Assembly: GCA_009914755.4 (NCBI GenBank)
Contig: CP086569.2
Coordinates: forward strand, 23,456,001-23,520,000
Length of the DNA stretch: 64,000 bases
Direction of reading: 5' to 3'
Source of the DNA: the human T2T-CHM13v2.0 reference genome, Homo sapiens
The translations under genes were made by a program, and so were the position numbers. Positions 28,135 through 42,009 of the stretch are shown here, one piece after another (within the stretch, counting starts at the first letter, position 1; every line of letters begins with the position of its first letter). The notes beneath the pieces are model-generated. The model saw only the letters and a program-made list of their open reading frames with translations, had not been told where the DNA came from and made no database searches.

Positions 28135-28271
28135 GGTATGGCGTGAAGGCCAGTGTTTGGGGATCCTTGATCTATTATATATTTCAAATCACTAAAAGAT
28201 GCTAAAATACTTAAAATGATCTCCCCCTAGAACATTTTAATTAGCTTGATTTAATCTTTCATACAAATATC

Positions 28272-28560
28272 ACGCTGGGTGTGGCGGTTCACACTTGAAA
28301 TCCCATCACTTTGGTAGTCCCAGGCCAGTGGACTGCTTGAGCCCAGGAGTTGGAGACCAGTTTGGGCAATATAAGGAAAACCATGTCTATTTAAAAACAA
28401 ACAAACAAACAAAAAAAACACACACACACAAAAATTGCCCAGCCAGCTACTTGGGAAGCTGAAGCGTGGGAGGATCAGTTGAGTCTGGGTGGAGGAGGCT
28501 GTAGTGAGCAGTGCACTTTAGCAACAGGAGATATACATCTCAAGAAAAAAAAATACACAA
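28272..28560 (+). mobile_element. Alu SINE (old, AluJ-like), sense
   Basis: cacgctgggtgtggcggttcacacttgaaatcccatcactttggtagtcccaggccagtggactgcttgagcccaggagttggagaccag...gctacttgggaagctgaagcgtgggaggatcagttgag. Confidence 0.8.
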
Positions 28561-28878
28561 AACATCACACCATACCTCATAAATATATAGTTTTCAAATA
28601 AAATTATTTAACTGGGAGCATCCTTCATATTGCAACTTAGGAAAATTACAGTAGCTTTTCTTATCTAATTTTTATAAATTAGATTTTGTCACCTACATAA
28701 TAAAATGCAGCATTTGTCCATGAAGTCAGTGCCCCTTTTGCTCTGTATGTTATGAATTTTACATATTTAAACTAAGAAATACTAAAAAGATGTTAGCCTC
28801 TGGAAGGGACTTTTACTTGAATTTCCAACACAGTATGTAATAAAATTTTATCTTTTTAGTTTGTCTATTTTTATCTAA

Positions 28879-29025
<147 letters not shown>

Positions 29026-29470
29026 TAAAGCCATGTGTTTTGTGTGTGTGCGTGTCTCTGTTTGTGTGTATTTTCGTATGTATATTTCAATATGTTATTT
29101 AAAATATGTAGGTTATGTATGTATTTTAAAGTATGTATTTTTCAAAGTTCATTGTATACATACATTAAAACGCCTTGTGATTTGTAAACTCTTATTTTGA
29201 AGTATCTATCTGATATTTGGAAAATTCTCATAGCAGCAGGTGAAGGGTAAGAATCACTTACTGCTTAGAAAGGAAAATGAGGAAAAGTAAATGTGTTATG
29301 GAGTTAGGGAACAAACTGGAATAAAATAGGCTGACTATAGGGGTGACTTAGTATTAAGAATCATAGTAGTGATGTGAAATGCAGTTATTTTTTGGTTTGA
29401 TGTAACTTTCAGATGGTTAGTACCTTGGTGAGTCCATTCTATAAATATAAAATGTTTTTATGTATCTTAG

Positions 29471-29574
29471 TTCTTTTGATAAAAGGTCGAACCAGTAAGT
29501 CCAGAGATTTTGTGGTCATTATTTTTGAGAATGCTGCAGATGCTAAGAATGCTGCCAGAGATATGAATGGAAAG
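29471..29574 (+). CDS. RBMY-like exon 2 ([38 protein letters not shown]1-like region)
   Basis: The acceptor is tgtatcttag| and the donor is aaag|gtaaga. The phase is continuous with exon 1. Confidence 0.8.
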
Positions 29575-30393
29575 GTAAGAGTCCCTTATTAATAATACAC
29601 TAATTCTGGTTTTCAGTTAACAGTATTTCTAGGTCTTTTTAGTATAACTAAAGTGTTGAAGATAGTAGAATGCCATATGGACTGAAATGCTTTAGCCATC
29701 GTCTTCTTTGTGCCATACACATGCAAGTGTATTTGGAAGGGTACTGCAATTAACATTACATAAATTAATATATGGTAACTTTTTTTCTATTTTTGTATTT
29801 CAATATGGGTGTAAATAGATTTTCAAAGGTTTCCAAGAGCATTAAAACCTAGAAGGAACCCTCCTCTAAATGAAAGGACTAAGTTAACATTTTTTAAATG
29901 CTATCAGTGGAATTACTTCCAATTCATGGAAATACTTCTATAGCATATACAAACTGTGGATAGACATCTAGACAGACTCACAGGAAGGAAAGATTCTCTC
30001 CCATTTTCTGCAAATATATTCTTGAGAAAGTACATTTAAATAAGACCTTCACATTTAAGGATGTGTTAAGTACTTGAAAATAGAAAACAATATCAGAACA
30101 TTGAAGTTGGACAACAGAAGAAGTAACTGGCATTTTTTGCCCCATCCTTGCTCTTTTCTCCTAAGGATGTTTTTTTTCCTGTCACCAGAGTGATTTATGT
30201 AACATGAATACCTAATTGCTCATTTTCCCAATGTGTTTGAGAACGTGTTTTGATCAAACCAATGGTCTCTTGTCCAATTGAGTCTTAAATCTAGGGATTG
30301 TGTGTTTACTAAAGCTTTAAAATTTTATGTAATTCTATTAACTATTGAATTCCTTTACATTCTAGTCAAGATCATTCCATTCTGGGCCCTTTA

Positions 30394-30462
30394 GAGCTTT
30401 TCTGCTTTCTAACATTATCCAAATCTGTTTTTCTGCTTTATAACATTATCCAAATCTGTTTT
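30394..30462. repeat. Local tandem duplication, 2 x about 34 bp (ct(t/a)taacattatccaaatctgttttt)
   Basis: Adjacent near-identical copies lie in RBMY-like intron 2. Confidence 0.8.
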
Positions 30463-30866
30463 TAGCTCCTGTCACTCTTTATGGTACCCCTAAAATGATT
30501 TTTTGGACTTTTTGACAATTATTCTTTCCTATGTATGTCTCAGAAATAACAATTCATCCTTCAAAAACAACTTCAATTTTCTATTTTCTTCCTCGTTGCA
30601 AATCGTAGATATTTTATACTCACTGTACCATGTATTAATCTATTGATGGTTAAATTGTCTACAGTGCATATTTAAGGCTTCCTAGTTGCTTTTATTTTTG
30701 TTGCATCTAGTAGAGTTGCTGACACATAGCAGAAAGTACATTTTTATTCACTCTTATAAATTAGTATTTTAAGCTGTGGTAGAAACCCAGAGTAAATTTG
30801 TGGTAGTTGTGGAGATAATTTTTACTTACGTATAGTAATCTATGATAATTTCCTTTTCCCCCCTAG

Positions 30867-31207
<341 letters not shown>

Positions 31208-32282
31208 AATGCTATTTCTGAATTACTTCATCTCACATATTTTATTGTGTAAACATAAATATGAAGTTATATGCACATAAATGTTAAGACGGCCAACAAA
31301 GGAGGTTCTTAGAGTTATCAGGGGCAATTAACAGTTTAAGGAATTTTGACTGACTTTGAAACACTGGGAAGGAAGCAGCCATGCGCAAATCTGGGGAAAA
31401 TATTTTGGGCCCAGAAATAACAGCAGAAGTTTCAAGGTAGGAACAACTGGCAATTTGGCTGCAAGAGGTCTTGTAAGGGATTTAAGATCTTCCCCCAAAT
31501 AACAAAAAACATGTAATTTTAAAATAGAGTTATTTATTATCTGAACTGTTTTCAAAAATTACTTTGGCCTATAGAAAAGATCATACTGAAAAATGTTACT
31601 GTGAAATTAATTAGCACATTTAAGCATTTCTGAGAAACAACATGAAGTACTATATTAAGAGTCATTTTTTAGGGGCACGTCTAAGGCAAAATAAGAAATG
31701 AATAAGGCAAGAAACCTTAATGAGATCAAACAAGGATCACATTTACAGAAACGTTTCTAGAGTAAATATAAAATTATAAATCATATGGGGATATTTTACG
31801 TAAGTGTTAGCAGATCAAACAAGAAACAACTCATATGACTAATGTGACTAATCATTTTGAATAAGTAACCTCATTTTTTTAAATGACACAAGTTTCCTTG
31901 GGACACTGAAACTTTTAAATCAGTGATGCGAATACAAAGATGAAGTGGATGATATATTGTAAAAAAAAGACATGCCACATTCTTCCATAGAATGTGTGAT
32001 GGGTTAATCTTTTTTGTTTGAGGTGTTTTTTTTTTTTTAATAATTGAGGAGTTTTCAAGGAATTTGAATAATAGAATTTGTGTTTGATCCCTTAATGGAA
32101 GGCGTGTGTTCAGTAAATGTCTCAAATTTGGTATTGTGAAAGACGTGTTCATTTTAGGAGGAAAAAAATTTGCTTTGGGAGAAAATATCTAGAATTGAAC
32201 TATAGTTGATGTAGAAATGTTTGTAAAATGTGCTTAGGTTTAATCTTGCCAACGTTATTGATAGTACTCTTAATACTTTTAG

Positions 32283-32460
32283 TCTTTGGATGGAAAAGAA
32301 ATAAAAGTAGAACAAGCAAAGAAACCATCTTTTCCAAGTGGTGGTAGGCGGAGACCACCACCTTCTTCAAGAAACAGAAGCCCTTCAGGAAGTCTGAGAT
32401 CTGCAAGAGGAAGTAGTGGAGGAACAAGACCGTGGCTGCCCTCACATGAAGGACACTTGG
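32283..32460 (+). CDS. RBMY-like exon 3 ([59 protein letters not shown])
   Basis: The acceptor is aatacttttag| and the donor is cttgg|gtaatg. It matches RBMY1 closely at [59 protein letters not shown]. Confidence 0.85.
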
Positions 32461-33244
32461 GTAATGTTCTAAAATATAAAGATGGAACCATAGGACTGAA
32501 AGAAAATAAGTTTGAAGATATCAAAATTTCCCAATTTTATTTATTTTGGGAAATTTACTCATTGGTAAGAAGTAATTTTCTTATTGATAAGAAAATTAAC
32601 TTATTGATAAGAAGCAAAATTATTTCTAAGTACTAAAGGTGTATTATAAGAATGATTGCACTAATATCTAAAATTTGTTTTAAAATTGTAATAAGTTTGC
32701 ATTGAAATAACACAAATTTCAAACTGAATTGAGTTTATGAATGCTGATTGCCTGTACTCAACAGGTTTTCTGAAGAACTCATTTATATTAACTATACTTC
32801 ATAGAGTTTTCTACTTTGGGGCCCAGAACTTCATATCAGTTGTATTATCAAAATACAATGGAATATTTAAAACTTTCCAACAGGAAAAAAAGTAATTCAG
32901 TACTTAGGATTGATTTTCCAATATTTGTTTTTTTTTGTGTATACATGTGCAAACATGTATGCAAATCTATTGCTTTGTAATTTTCATATGGAGAGTTTGT
33001 ACATTGGCCTGCCATAAAGCATTTTCAATTTAAGAAACGTAGAACTTTAATTTCTAAAAAAAGTCTATGACTCTGGAAAGGACAAAACACCACTGCTTCA
33101 CAGATATGTATGTATCTTTCTTGCTGGAAGGTGAGTCACTGAAAATGGTATTTATGAGTGATTTACACAGTAGAAATGAGGGGTCAATTTCTACATAAAA
33201 AAGAAAAACAAACTATGTATTTAAAAATATATATATATATTGGA

Positions 33245-33552
33245 TGGGGGTGGGCGAGGTGGGTCACGCCTGTCATCTCAGCACTTGGGGAGTATGGGGT
33301 GGGTGGACCAGGAGGTCAGGAGTTCCAGACCAGCCTGGCAACCATGGTGCAAACTGTCTGTCCTAAAAATACAAAAAATTAGCTTGGCATGGTGGCACAT
33401 ACTTCTAATCTTAGCTACTCGGGAGGCTGAGGCAGGAGAATCACTGGAACCTGGGAGGGAGAAGCTGCAGTGAGCTGACATAATGCCATTGTACTCCCAC
33501 CTGGGCAATAGGGCAAGAGTCCATCTCAATCAATCAATCAATCAATCAACCT
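33245..33552 (+). mobile_element. Alu SINE, sense (intronic), with a (CAAT)n tail repeat
   Basis: ggtgggcgaggtgggtcacgcctgtcatctcagcacttggggag...gcttggcatggtggcacatacttctaatcttagctactcgggaggctgaggcaggagaatcactggaacctgggaggg...caatcaatcaatcaatcaatc. Confidence 0.85.
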
Positions 33553-34395
33553 ATTGGTTAACATATTATCTATTAACCAACCTTCAAAAATCGATCTTTA
33601 ATTTTGTGTTTTAATGACCAGATGTGTAATTAATTGGAGATGTGTTTTTAAAGTTGAAATTGCAGTGTTTGCTGCATTTTACGATGCATAGCTTCATGGT
33701 AATTTTGTCTCCACTGATCTTGAGGGTGAGATTCAATAATACTCTGCCATGTATGAGAATGTGCGTACTCTAACCTGTAACACCACCTAGTAATTGGCAT
33801 ATATCTACAGATTTGTAGATATATAAATATTTTTATATTATTTAATAAGCAATTCTTAAAGATTATTAAAATTTAGCATAGTCTAATCTGAAAATTAGTG
33901 TTTCACAAGGAAATTGTAAGAATTCTATACTATGTTAACAAATTTTAGAGATAATATATTTTCCTGATGTGTCACCTTTTGATATTGCAAATATTTGAGT
34001 TTCTTTGAATGGAATTTAGTTTATCTTTTTGATATGCTTTGAAAATTTTTCCTCATAATAGAATGATATAAACAGTCATTTATCATTTTTTAATATTTTT
34101 TCTTTATGTATATTATACTTAGATATTTTACTGATAGATTTCTGCTCCCTGTTCACTCCCCATTTTTCCCACATCTCTCTCTCACACCAATATATTATAA
34201 TTCTTGAGTTTCCTTCTAGATTTTCTAAACAGACTTTTATTGCTTGAATTGTACTAATTTCATATAGAAATGTTAATTTTATTAGTTTAGACAAATGTGA
34301 ATTTGTAACATTATAATATGTAGAAAAACAACAAAACTTAGCCATTCAAGAAACAGTGATGCTAGTTAACTAAAATGATTTTGTTTGAAATACAG

Positions 34396-34548
34396 ATGAT
34401 GGTGGATACGCTCTTGATCTCAACACGAGTTCTTCTAGGGGAGCCATTCCAATTAAAAGAGGTCCATCTTCACGAAGTGGAGGTCCTCCTCCTAAAACAT
34501 CTGCTCCTTCTGCTATGGCAAGAAGCAATAGTTGGATGGGAGGCCAAG
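34396..34548 (+). CDS. RBMY-like exon 4 ([51 protein letters not shown])
   Basis: The acceptor is gaaatacag| and the donor is caag|gtaaat. The phase is continuous. Confidence 0.85.
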
Positions 34549-34949
34549 GTAAATGCTACCTGATAAAAGACCATATTTTTTGTATGACTAAAAATGAGCT
34601 ATTTTAACTGGATTCTTAAATTTAAGTTCATTGAACAAAACAGAAGTGACACATCATTGGGCATAATTACTGATCAATAGCTTTTATTATACTTTCTATC
34701 TCACTAGGTACACTCAGATTTATGTTGAAGAAATACTCGAGCTTCTCACTGCAGTTGAAAGAAGTGATTAGAGTGAGGCCAACATTCCTCTTAATCCTGT
34801 GTTTGCTAGATAATTCCCCTTAATTTTTCTAAAAGTCCCTAGCAGTATTCTTTGATGATAGGCTTCTTCTTCTAATGAATTCTTCCATTTCCTAGGTCCC
34901 CTGGTAGTGGTCCCCTGGCAAGCCAATTGAAAAATTGCTTGTTCAGTTT

Positions 34950-35160
34950 CTTTATTGGGTTGGAGTCTTGCTCTTACCAGGTCAGAGTGCATTGGTGAAA
35001 TGATGGCTTACTACAGCCTCAAAATCCTGGGCTCAAACAATTATCCTGTTTCAGCCTCCTGAGTTGCTGCAACTACAGGCATGCACCACCACACCTAGCT
35101 AATTTTTTTTTCCTGTATTTTTGTAGACAGAGGATGTCACTACATTGTCAAAACTGACAT
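34950..35160 (-). mobile_element. Partial old Alu (AluJ-like), antisense
   Basis: ggagtcttgctcttaccaggtcagagtgcattggtgaaatgatggcttactacagcctcaaaatcctgggctcaaacaattatcctgtttcagcctcctgagttgctgcaactacaggcatgcaccaccacacctagctaattttttt. Confidence 0.75.
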
Positions 35161-36555
35161 AAAAGCCAGCGGCTCAAGCAGTCCAGCTGTCTCTGCCTTC
35201 CACACTGACTCGCACTGTGAGCTGCTGAGCCTGACCATCCAGCTTCTGAGACCTCAATAATGTTTATGTGCAAGGCATTCTTACTGCTTCTATGAAGATT
35301 CAAAAGAACTACAAGAGCATTTAGCAGAAAAGGAGTCACTGGGCTTACCTATTATTTAAAAATAAAATCAAGTCTTGAAAGGTAGACATGAAGGAGTCCA
35401 ATATTCTTAAATTAAGTGGATATCATAGAAGTGCAGAGATGTGAAATATAAGGTCATGTAAATCAATAATTAAGATTTTACCGGGATGTTTAAACATTAA
35501 CACAAGATCCTTAGCGTAAGACTGGAAATTATTTGAGGAGAGAATTTAGAACTAAGCAACCTGAGGTGAGCGGTAGGATTGAATAGAAGTAATATTTTTG
35601 AGAAGGAGAATTGTTAAGATTGCAGACAGAACAGAAGAAAGCAAGACAGTAAATAAAAGTTCTTAGCAAAGAAGTTTAGGCAGAACAAATTAAAATTCTT
35701 ACTTAGTCCTCCACCCCAATATGGAGGAAATTGAAAACTGCTGTTTTCAATTTTACATTTCATATGTAGAGTATCGGTGAAATTAGATATTTATTGACTT
35801 CAGCATACATAAGCCAACACATTTCCATTGGAAAATTAGCCAGTGAACATATCATAGGTGAAAGACTGACCTCTAAGGAATAGCACATAAAGAGTATATT
35901 AAAGGAGAACATTTTCTATTTTGAAATAGCAACAATGTCGTAATGACCCCTTTAACAGGATTGCTTATTGCAGTAAAAGTAAATCTTGGCCATCATTAGA
36001 AAGTTTTCACTAGTATATTTCAATTTGTCAACATTTAAGGTAGAGCCAACCACTTAGAGATAAAGAAGACCTTTTATGTAAAAATTTAGCATCCAATCAT
36101 TCAAAGGTAGCATCATTTGTGTGTGTGAGGTGGATTGAACAACATAGGAAAATTTACCTTCTTCAGCTGAGAAGGGACAATGGATGTAAACTTAAAAATC
36201 TGTGAAGAGTTTGGTGCTTTTACATGTCTTCCCTGTATCATTGGTAGTCATCAGTAATTCATATGAAAGGAAAAACAATAACTAACTAGTTATTTACCAT
36301 TACAGATGAACTTTTACCTAAGAATTAATGTCTGTCTTCAGCTCTGTTAGAAGAACTGGCCTTGCAGTAGCCATGGGATTATCCAAAGCCATAAGAAATA
36401 TTCACAGTGTCATGACTTTCTAGTAATTTAGGGAATGAAAAATGGAGTCATAGTGGAGTCATAGAAGAAATAATTTTAAAAAGTTGTTTGAGAGAAGAGA
36501 AAATAGTATTTCGGATTTGCTGTTCTTTCCCTGTTTCATCATTTTAATATTAAAG

Positions 36556-36670
36556 GTCCCATATCACGTGGAAGAGAGAATTATGGAGGTCCTCCATGCA
36601 GAGAGCCAATCTCTTCCTGGAGAAATGACCGTATGTCACCAAGAGATGATGGTTATGCAATTAAGGAAAG
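36556..36670 (+). CDS. RBMY-like exon 5 ([38 protein letters not shown])
   Basis: The acceptor is ttaatattaaag|, which has a weak polypyrimidine tract. The donor is gaaag|gtaaag. It matches RBMY1 at [36 protein letters not shown]. Confidence 0.75.
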
Positions 36671-37539
36671 GTAAAGAAAATATTTTTTAGAAGTTGATTT
36701 TTTTTGTTATGGTGATGAAATTCACATAATAAAATTAAATATTATAAGGTAAACAGGTGGCATTAAATACATCCTGTGTTGTGCAGCAGCTAACTCCATC
36801 AAGTTCCAAAACATTTTCATGACTACAAACTAAAACTCCAGCTACCAGTTAAGCAGTCCCTTTCATTTTCTTCCTTCCCTCAGCTACTGGCAAACATCAG
36901 TCTTTGCTCTGCCTCTGAACTTACATGTTGTGGGCATTTAATGTTAATGGGCTTATACACTACATGACTTTTTGTATCTGTCTCCTTTCCTTTTGTATCA
37001 TGTCCCGAAGTTTCATTTACATCATAGCACTTAAATCCTTCCACAAGCGGTTAACCCATTATTTTATTTGGGTTGTTTCTACCACAGTATTTCTATGCTC
37101 CAGTATTTGTTTGAGTACACTTATTCAATTCTGGGTGTATATATAAATGGAATTGCTTGGTTCTGTAATAATTATGTTTGTTTTCTTGAGGAAACACCAC
37201 ATGTCTCCATAGCAGCTGCATCATTTTCCCTTCCAACTAGCATTGTATCAAGGTTCCAATTTATCTTCACCCTCTCAAACACTTGCTATTTCCTGCTTTT
37301 TATTGCCATTCTAGTGTGTGTGGGAAGTATGGTATCTCACTTTGGATTTGAAATGCTTTTTCTGAATCACCGATTATGAGTATCTGTTCCATGTGCTTTT
37401 TGGGCATTTGCCTATTTTATTTGGAGAAATATCTGTTTAGATGTTTGGCCTTTTAATTTTGTTTAAGTTGTAAGTTAGTTATGTTTTGGATACTAGAAGT
37501 TGAAAATTTAATATTTGTTGTTTAAACTTATGCCCACAG

Positions 37540-37650
37540 AAATCATCCACTTTCCCGAGAATCTAGGGATTATGCTCCACTGTCTAGAGACTATGCATAC
37601 CATGATTATGGTCATTCTAGTTGGGATGAACATTTCTCTAGAGGATATAG
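37540..37650 (+). CDS. RBMY-like exon 6, a single SRGY-box exon ([37 protein letters not shown])
   Basis: The acceptor is tgcccacag| and the donor is atag|gtatta. This is the only SRGY-box unit present; human RBMY1 has four. Confidence 0.8.
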
Positions 37651-37732
37651 GTATTACAACATTTCCTGGACTTGTCAAATAGAATTCTTAAATGGTTCAT
37701 TCTGACATTAAGAATTTTTTTTTTCAATTTAG

Positions 37733-37820
37733 TGATTGTGATGGCTGTGGTGAGGTGATGTTAGAGATCATTCTGAACGTCCAAGTGGAAGTTCTTATAG
37801 AGATGCATTTCAGAGATAGG
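37733..37820 (+). pseudogene. RBMY-like exon 7, disrupted. A 1-nt deletion shifts the frame after SDCDGCGE, and a TAG sits at the position of the conserved Tyr codon (..SGSSYRDAFQR*)
   Basis: In frame it reads SDCDGCGEVMLEIILNVQVEVLIEMHFRDR. The +1 frame restores DHSERPSGSSYRDAFQR, matching RBMY1 DHSEHLSGSSYRDALQRYG. Confidence 0.75.
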
Positions 37821-38244
37821 GTAAGGGTCCGGGATGGATTTGTAAATTATAGAATTGTGTTTAATAGACCAGATCGTTATTTTAATGAAATTCTAAGGAA
37901 AATTACGAGGGACAAATATAACATGTCTAAATATTGAGTATTCTTAACAGAAGAAAGCATAGGGAATGATATGAAGGTGAGAACTTCAGTTCACGTTCAG
38001 AAAATGTGACTCAACTTTTACTTTAGAATTAAATTTGTTAAGCTTCAAAATAACTTCTCTTACACTTCTTATTAATAAAACCTTCTGATTATTGCAGGCA
38101 TAATTAATATCCTGTCGACAAAGACAGAGGAAAGTAGATATTTCCAAATAGTACTTTAACTTAATCATGCTTTAGTGATAGCAGTAATAATGTTTAAATA
38201 TAGTCCAACATATTATTTTATCAACCCTGCAGGGTCCCCTGCAG

Positions 38245-38580
38245 GGACCTCTCATGGTGCACCATCTGCAGGAGTGCCTCTGTTGTCTTATGGTGGAAGC
38301 AGCCACCATGATTATAGCAATAAATGAGATAGATATGGCATAAGTCGGGAGAGTTACTCAAGGAGCTGTGGTGATTTTTATTCCCGTGATTGTGGGCACG
38401 TTGACAGAAAAGACCAAAGCAATCTACCTTCTCTGGATAGGGTACACCCTGCTCCTTGTGAAACATGTGGTAGCTCAAGATATTTGTCATCTACAGGAGA
38501 TGGTGGGGAAGGTGGATCTGACAAAAGAGGCTGAAGCAGATATGAAAGCAAGTATTCAAATAATAGTTATTGCATACTAA
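38245..38580 (+). pseudogene. RBMY-like terminal exon, disrupted ([99 protein letters not shown]...). There are two TGA stops and the canonical stop is lost
   Basis: It aligns to the RBMY1 C-terminus [99 protein letters not shown]. Confidence 0.75.
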
Positions 38581-39444
38581 ACCTTGTTTGCAAATCGAAA
38601 ATTGACCTGTTATTTCTGCATTGTTACCTGCGTCTTACTAAAAGAAACATGTATGTTTTGTGGAGAGAGGTAGATACTAACTTCCTCCATGAATTTTTTG
38701 AGGTATTCAAAGGAATTTTATTTCCAATAAATAAAGGGAATTTTATTTCCAAGTAATTTCATACTAGCTAATGCTATTTGAAAACTATCTGTTTAGATGT
38801 AATATCTACATTAAAATTTTCAGAATAAAATTTTACATGTAATGCAAAATGCCTAATGTTTTTGCTCAGCTGCACATGCTTAAAAGCAAATTCAATAAGA
38901 GAGTAAATTGCATTGTTTGTTGAACATTTTCCTTTATTTCTTTGAACATAAATAGATACAAAATTAGGCATATGTTATGTCTCCCTTGCAAGCTGCACAA
39001 GTTTTCTAAATAGGCTGTTTCTCTTTAAAAACTTACAAGCTTACAATGTTTGAGTAGTCTTCAGAAAGACTACAAGACTCTCTGCCTCACCATATGTTTA
39101 TCCTTTAGAGGAATAGTACAGGTCAAAGGAAATAATTAGATGTGGTTGATATTAAAATTTAAGACATCCAGAACATTCTACTTGAAGCATTCTGTGACTG
39201 AAGAGGGATAATGCTAATGAAAACTTTTTTTTACCTAAATGAAAAGTGAACCAGCTAAGTTTCTCAAGTGCATAGCATAATGAAATTAAATTTTCCTAGT
39301 TTAAATGGTGGAAAGTAAGTGTTTGGTCTTGGGAGGTAGTCATGTTATTTTTTTCTTAAAAGTTTTGACAATGGTTGTTGTAAGTCATGGTGTAGTAATA
39401 AGTTGTTACAAATAGGAATAATCTAGAGTGGTTGGAATTTTATC

Positions 39445-39749
39445 AGTTTTTTGTTTGTTTGTTTGTTTGTTTGTTTTGAGATGGGATGTAGCTTTGTCAC
39501 CCAAGCAGGGGTGCAGTGGCTCCATCTTGGCTTACTACAACCTCCACCTTCTGGGTCCAATCTATTGTCCTGCCTCAGCATCTTGAGTAACTGGTATTAG
39601 ATAAGTGTGCACTACAGCTGGCTAATTTTTTGTATTTTTAGTATAGACAGCGTTCCACCACACTTGCCAGCCTGTTCTTAAAATCCTGATCCACCCTCCT
39701 CAGACTGCCAAAGTTCTAGGATTACAGGCATGAGCCACCACTCTCAGCC
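39445..39749 (-). mobile_element. Alu SINE, antisense, with a (GTTT)n head derived from its A-tail
   Basis: gtttgtttgtttgtttgttttgagatgggatgtagctttgtcacccaagcaggggtgcagtggctccatcttggcttactacaacctcc...aggattacaggcatgagccaccactctcagcc. Confidence 0.85.
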
Positions 39750-40242
39750 TATCAGACTTAATTGGTTATATGAATGGAAGCACTTTCAACCTCATACTTT
39801 TGGGAAGTGAAGTGTATAAAACAAAACAGCAGCATAACATTTCAGACAGGGGATTGCTTAAAGGTTTAATAAATCATCAAATGGTAAAAATAAAAAGATT
39901 TGGACTTAAATAACTAAACCAATTAATTTTTCTGATTATACATTGTACAACCTAAAGAAATGAAATACATGAAGTTCCAGAAGTTTTACAATCCATAATT
40001 CTTACAATTAACAGACTAATCTGCAATGAGGAAATATTTTCTTGATAAAATTTTGACAACATCTTCAATTTCTATAGGTAAGGGTGCAAATAATTTTAAA
40101 GGGAGAAGTTACCAACTTGGATTTTCAAGTGAGTTATTTGTGTTATGAAGTTGTGTTTTCATTCACCTACAATGTAGGATTGTGAGGATGAAGTGAAAAA
40201 ATAAAACTCCCTAGTCTTATGTATCTTACTGCCCATGTGTGA

Positions 40243-40522
40243 CGGCTCAGGTTTTGAATTCCAGCACTTTGAGGCAAAGGCTTGCTGATCACTTTAGGTC
40301 GGGAGTTCCAGACCAGCCTGGCCAATACCATGAAACCCCATCTCTAGCAAAAATATGAAAATTTGCTGGGCATGGTGGTGCACACCTGTAGTATGTTACA
40401 GTTAATTGGGGGGCTCAGGCAGGAGAATTATTTGAACCTGGGAGCCTGAGGCTGCAGTGAGCCAATATTGCACCATGTACTCTAGCCTGGGTGACAGAGC
40501 GAGACTCCAAATCAAAAATAAT
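40243..40522 (+). mobile_element. Alu SINE, sense
   Basis: ggctcaggttttgaattccagcactttgaggcaaaggcttgctgatcactttaggtcgggagttccagaccagcctggccaatac...gctgggcatggtggtgcacacctgtagt. Confidence 0.85.
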
Positions 40523-40589
40523 TATATAAATCTACAAATATGTAAATAATAAATAAGGTATCCTTCATTTCAAGCATTTATTCTTTGTT

Positions 40590-40896
40590 TTTTCTTTTTT
40601 AGACACAGGGTCTCCCTCTGTTGTCCAGCCTGGACTGCAGTGGCACCGTCAAGGCTCACTGCAGCCTCGAACTCCTTGGGTTCAAATGCACAAGCCTTCC
40701 ATTTCAGCCTCCCAAGTAGCTGGAATTACAGACACACACCAACCACCGTGCCCAGCTTTTGTGTTTGTGTGTGTGTGGTAGGGACAATGCTTTGGATATA
40801 TTGTTCAGGCTGGTCTCAAACTCCCAGACCGAAATAATCCTCCTTCCCTGGCTTCCCAAAGTGTTGTGATTATAGCCGTGAGCCACTGAGTCTGGC
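40590..40896 (-). mobile_element. Alu SINE, antisense. It is followed at 40880-40985 by a short tandem duplication of its flank (tatcttttct..agcgacattccacct x2)
   Basis: ttttctttttagacacagggtctccctctgttgtccagcctggactgcagtggcaccgtcaaggctcactgcagcctc...cccaaagtgttgtgattatagccgtgagccactgagtctggc. Confidence 0.85.
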
Positions 40897-41744
40897 ATAT
40901 CTTTTCTCATTATGAGCGACATTCCACCTCACTGAGTCTGGCGTATCTTTTCTTGGTATCAGCGACATTCCACCTTCGCTCTATTAATTATTTTGAGATG
41001 TACAATAAATCATTATTAAGTGTAGTCATCCTGTGCCACTGAACACTAGATATTATTCCTTCTAAGCAAGTATAATTTAACCCACCCCCATCCCCTCTTT
41101 GATCCCTCGCTTACCAGTTCACATTACTTGTATCAAAATATCACATGTATGCCAAAAATACCTACAACTTTTACGTACAAATTTTTTAAATAAGTAAAAA
41201 TTAATAAAAAAGGGTATCTCCAACAAAGTGATAAAATAGGAGGCTCTAATTTGTTCCTCCATCCACAAATGCAACAAATAAAGAGCCACACCCACATCAA
41301 TTCCCTATGAGATAAACTTACAAACAAGTTGGGATACTCTTGCATGTAGGGTTATGAAAATACTTACTTAAAAAAAGGTAAGAAAAACTGAATCATGATC
41401 TTTTTCTAGCGTTTATCTCTGACACATTGCCCTAGAATCAATAGGGAACTGTTATTTCACAGCTTCTCTCAGAGAACTGAAGTATTAATCCACATATGTA
41501 AAGCCCCAGCTGTTAACAGCTGCTTCTCAATGAAATGATTCCTCACTTGCCTATCTCTGGATTCTAACACAGACTGGCATTCATAACTCTCCTAGGACCT
41601 CCAAGATAAAAGAGGGATTTAAATAGACATTCAAGCACTTCTGAAACTGTTTCCTCCTGGCTTACTGGATGTCAAGCAGTCAAGAAAGCTCAGCTCCCAC
41701 TTTGTACCTCAAAGAACTTCTATTGTACATCTAACGTCTTGACT

Positions 41745-42009
41745 TTTTTTTTTCTTTTGAGATGGAGTCTTGCTCTATTGCCCAGGCTGGAGTGCAATGG
41801 CACGATCTCGCCTCACTGCAACCTCTGCCTCCCAAGTAGCTGGGATTACAGGTGGCTGCCACCATGCCAGGCTAACTTTTGTATTTCTTAGTAGAGACAA
41901 GTTTTTGCCATGTTGGTCAGGCTGGTCTCAAACTCCTGACCTCAGGTGATCCACCCACCTTGGCCTCCCAAAATGCTGGGATTACAGGCGTGACCCACCA
42001 CATCCAGCC
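41745..42009 (-). mobile_element. Alu SINE, antisense
   Basis: ttttttttttcttttgagatggagtcttgctctattgcccaggctggagtgcaatggcacgatctcgcctcactgcaacctctgcctcc...gggattacaggcgtgacccaccacatccagcc. Confidence 0.9.

Noticed and set aside
27831-28205. 124-aa + strand ORF with Gly/Arg-rich translation upstream of the RBMY-like ATG
   Set aside because: It is a product of GC-rich repetitive sequence (gggcagg/ggggcagtgggg and a 41-bp tandem duplication) and has no homology. It is more likely part of a promoter/5' flank than coding
32286-32636. ORF-track ORF extending the RBMY-like exon 3 by 58 codons
   Set aside because: The RBMY homology stops at ..SHEGHL followed by a GTAATG donor. Downstream translation (GNVLKYKDG...) is intronic read-through, and the M is a TTG in the track
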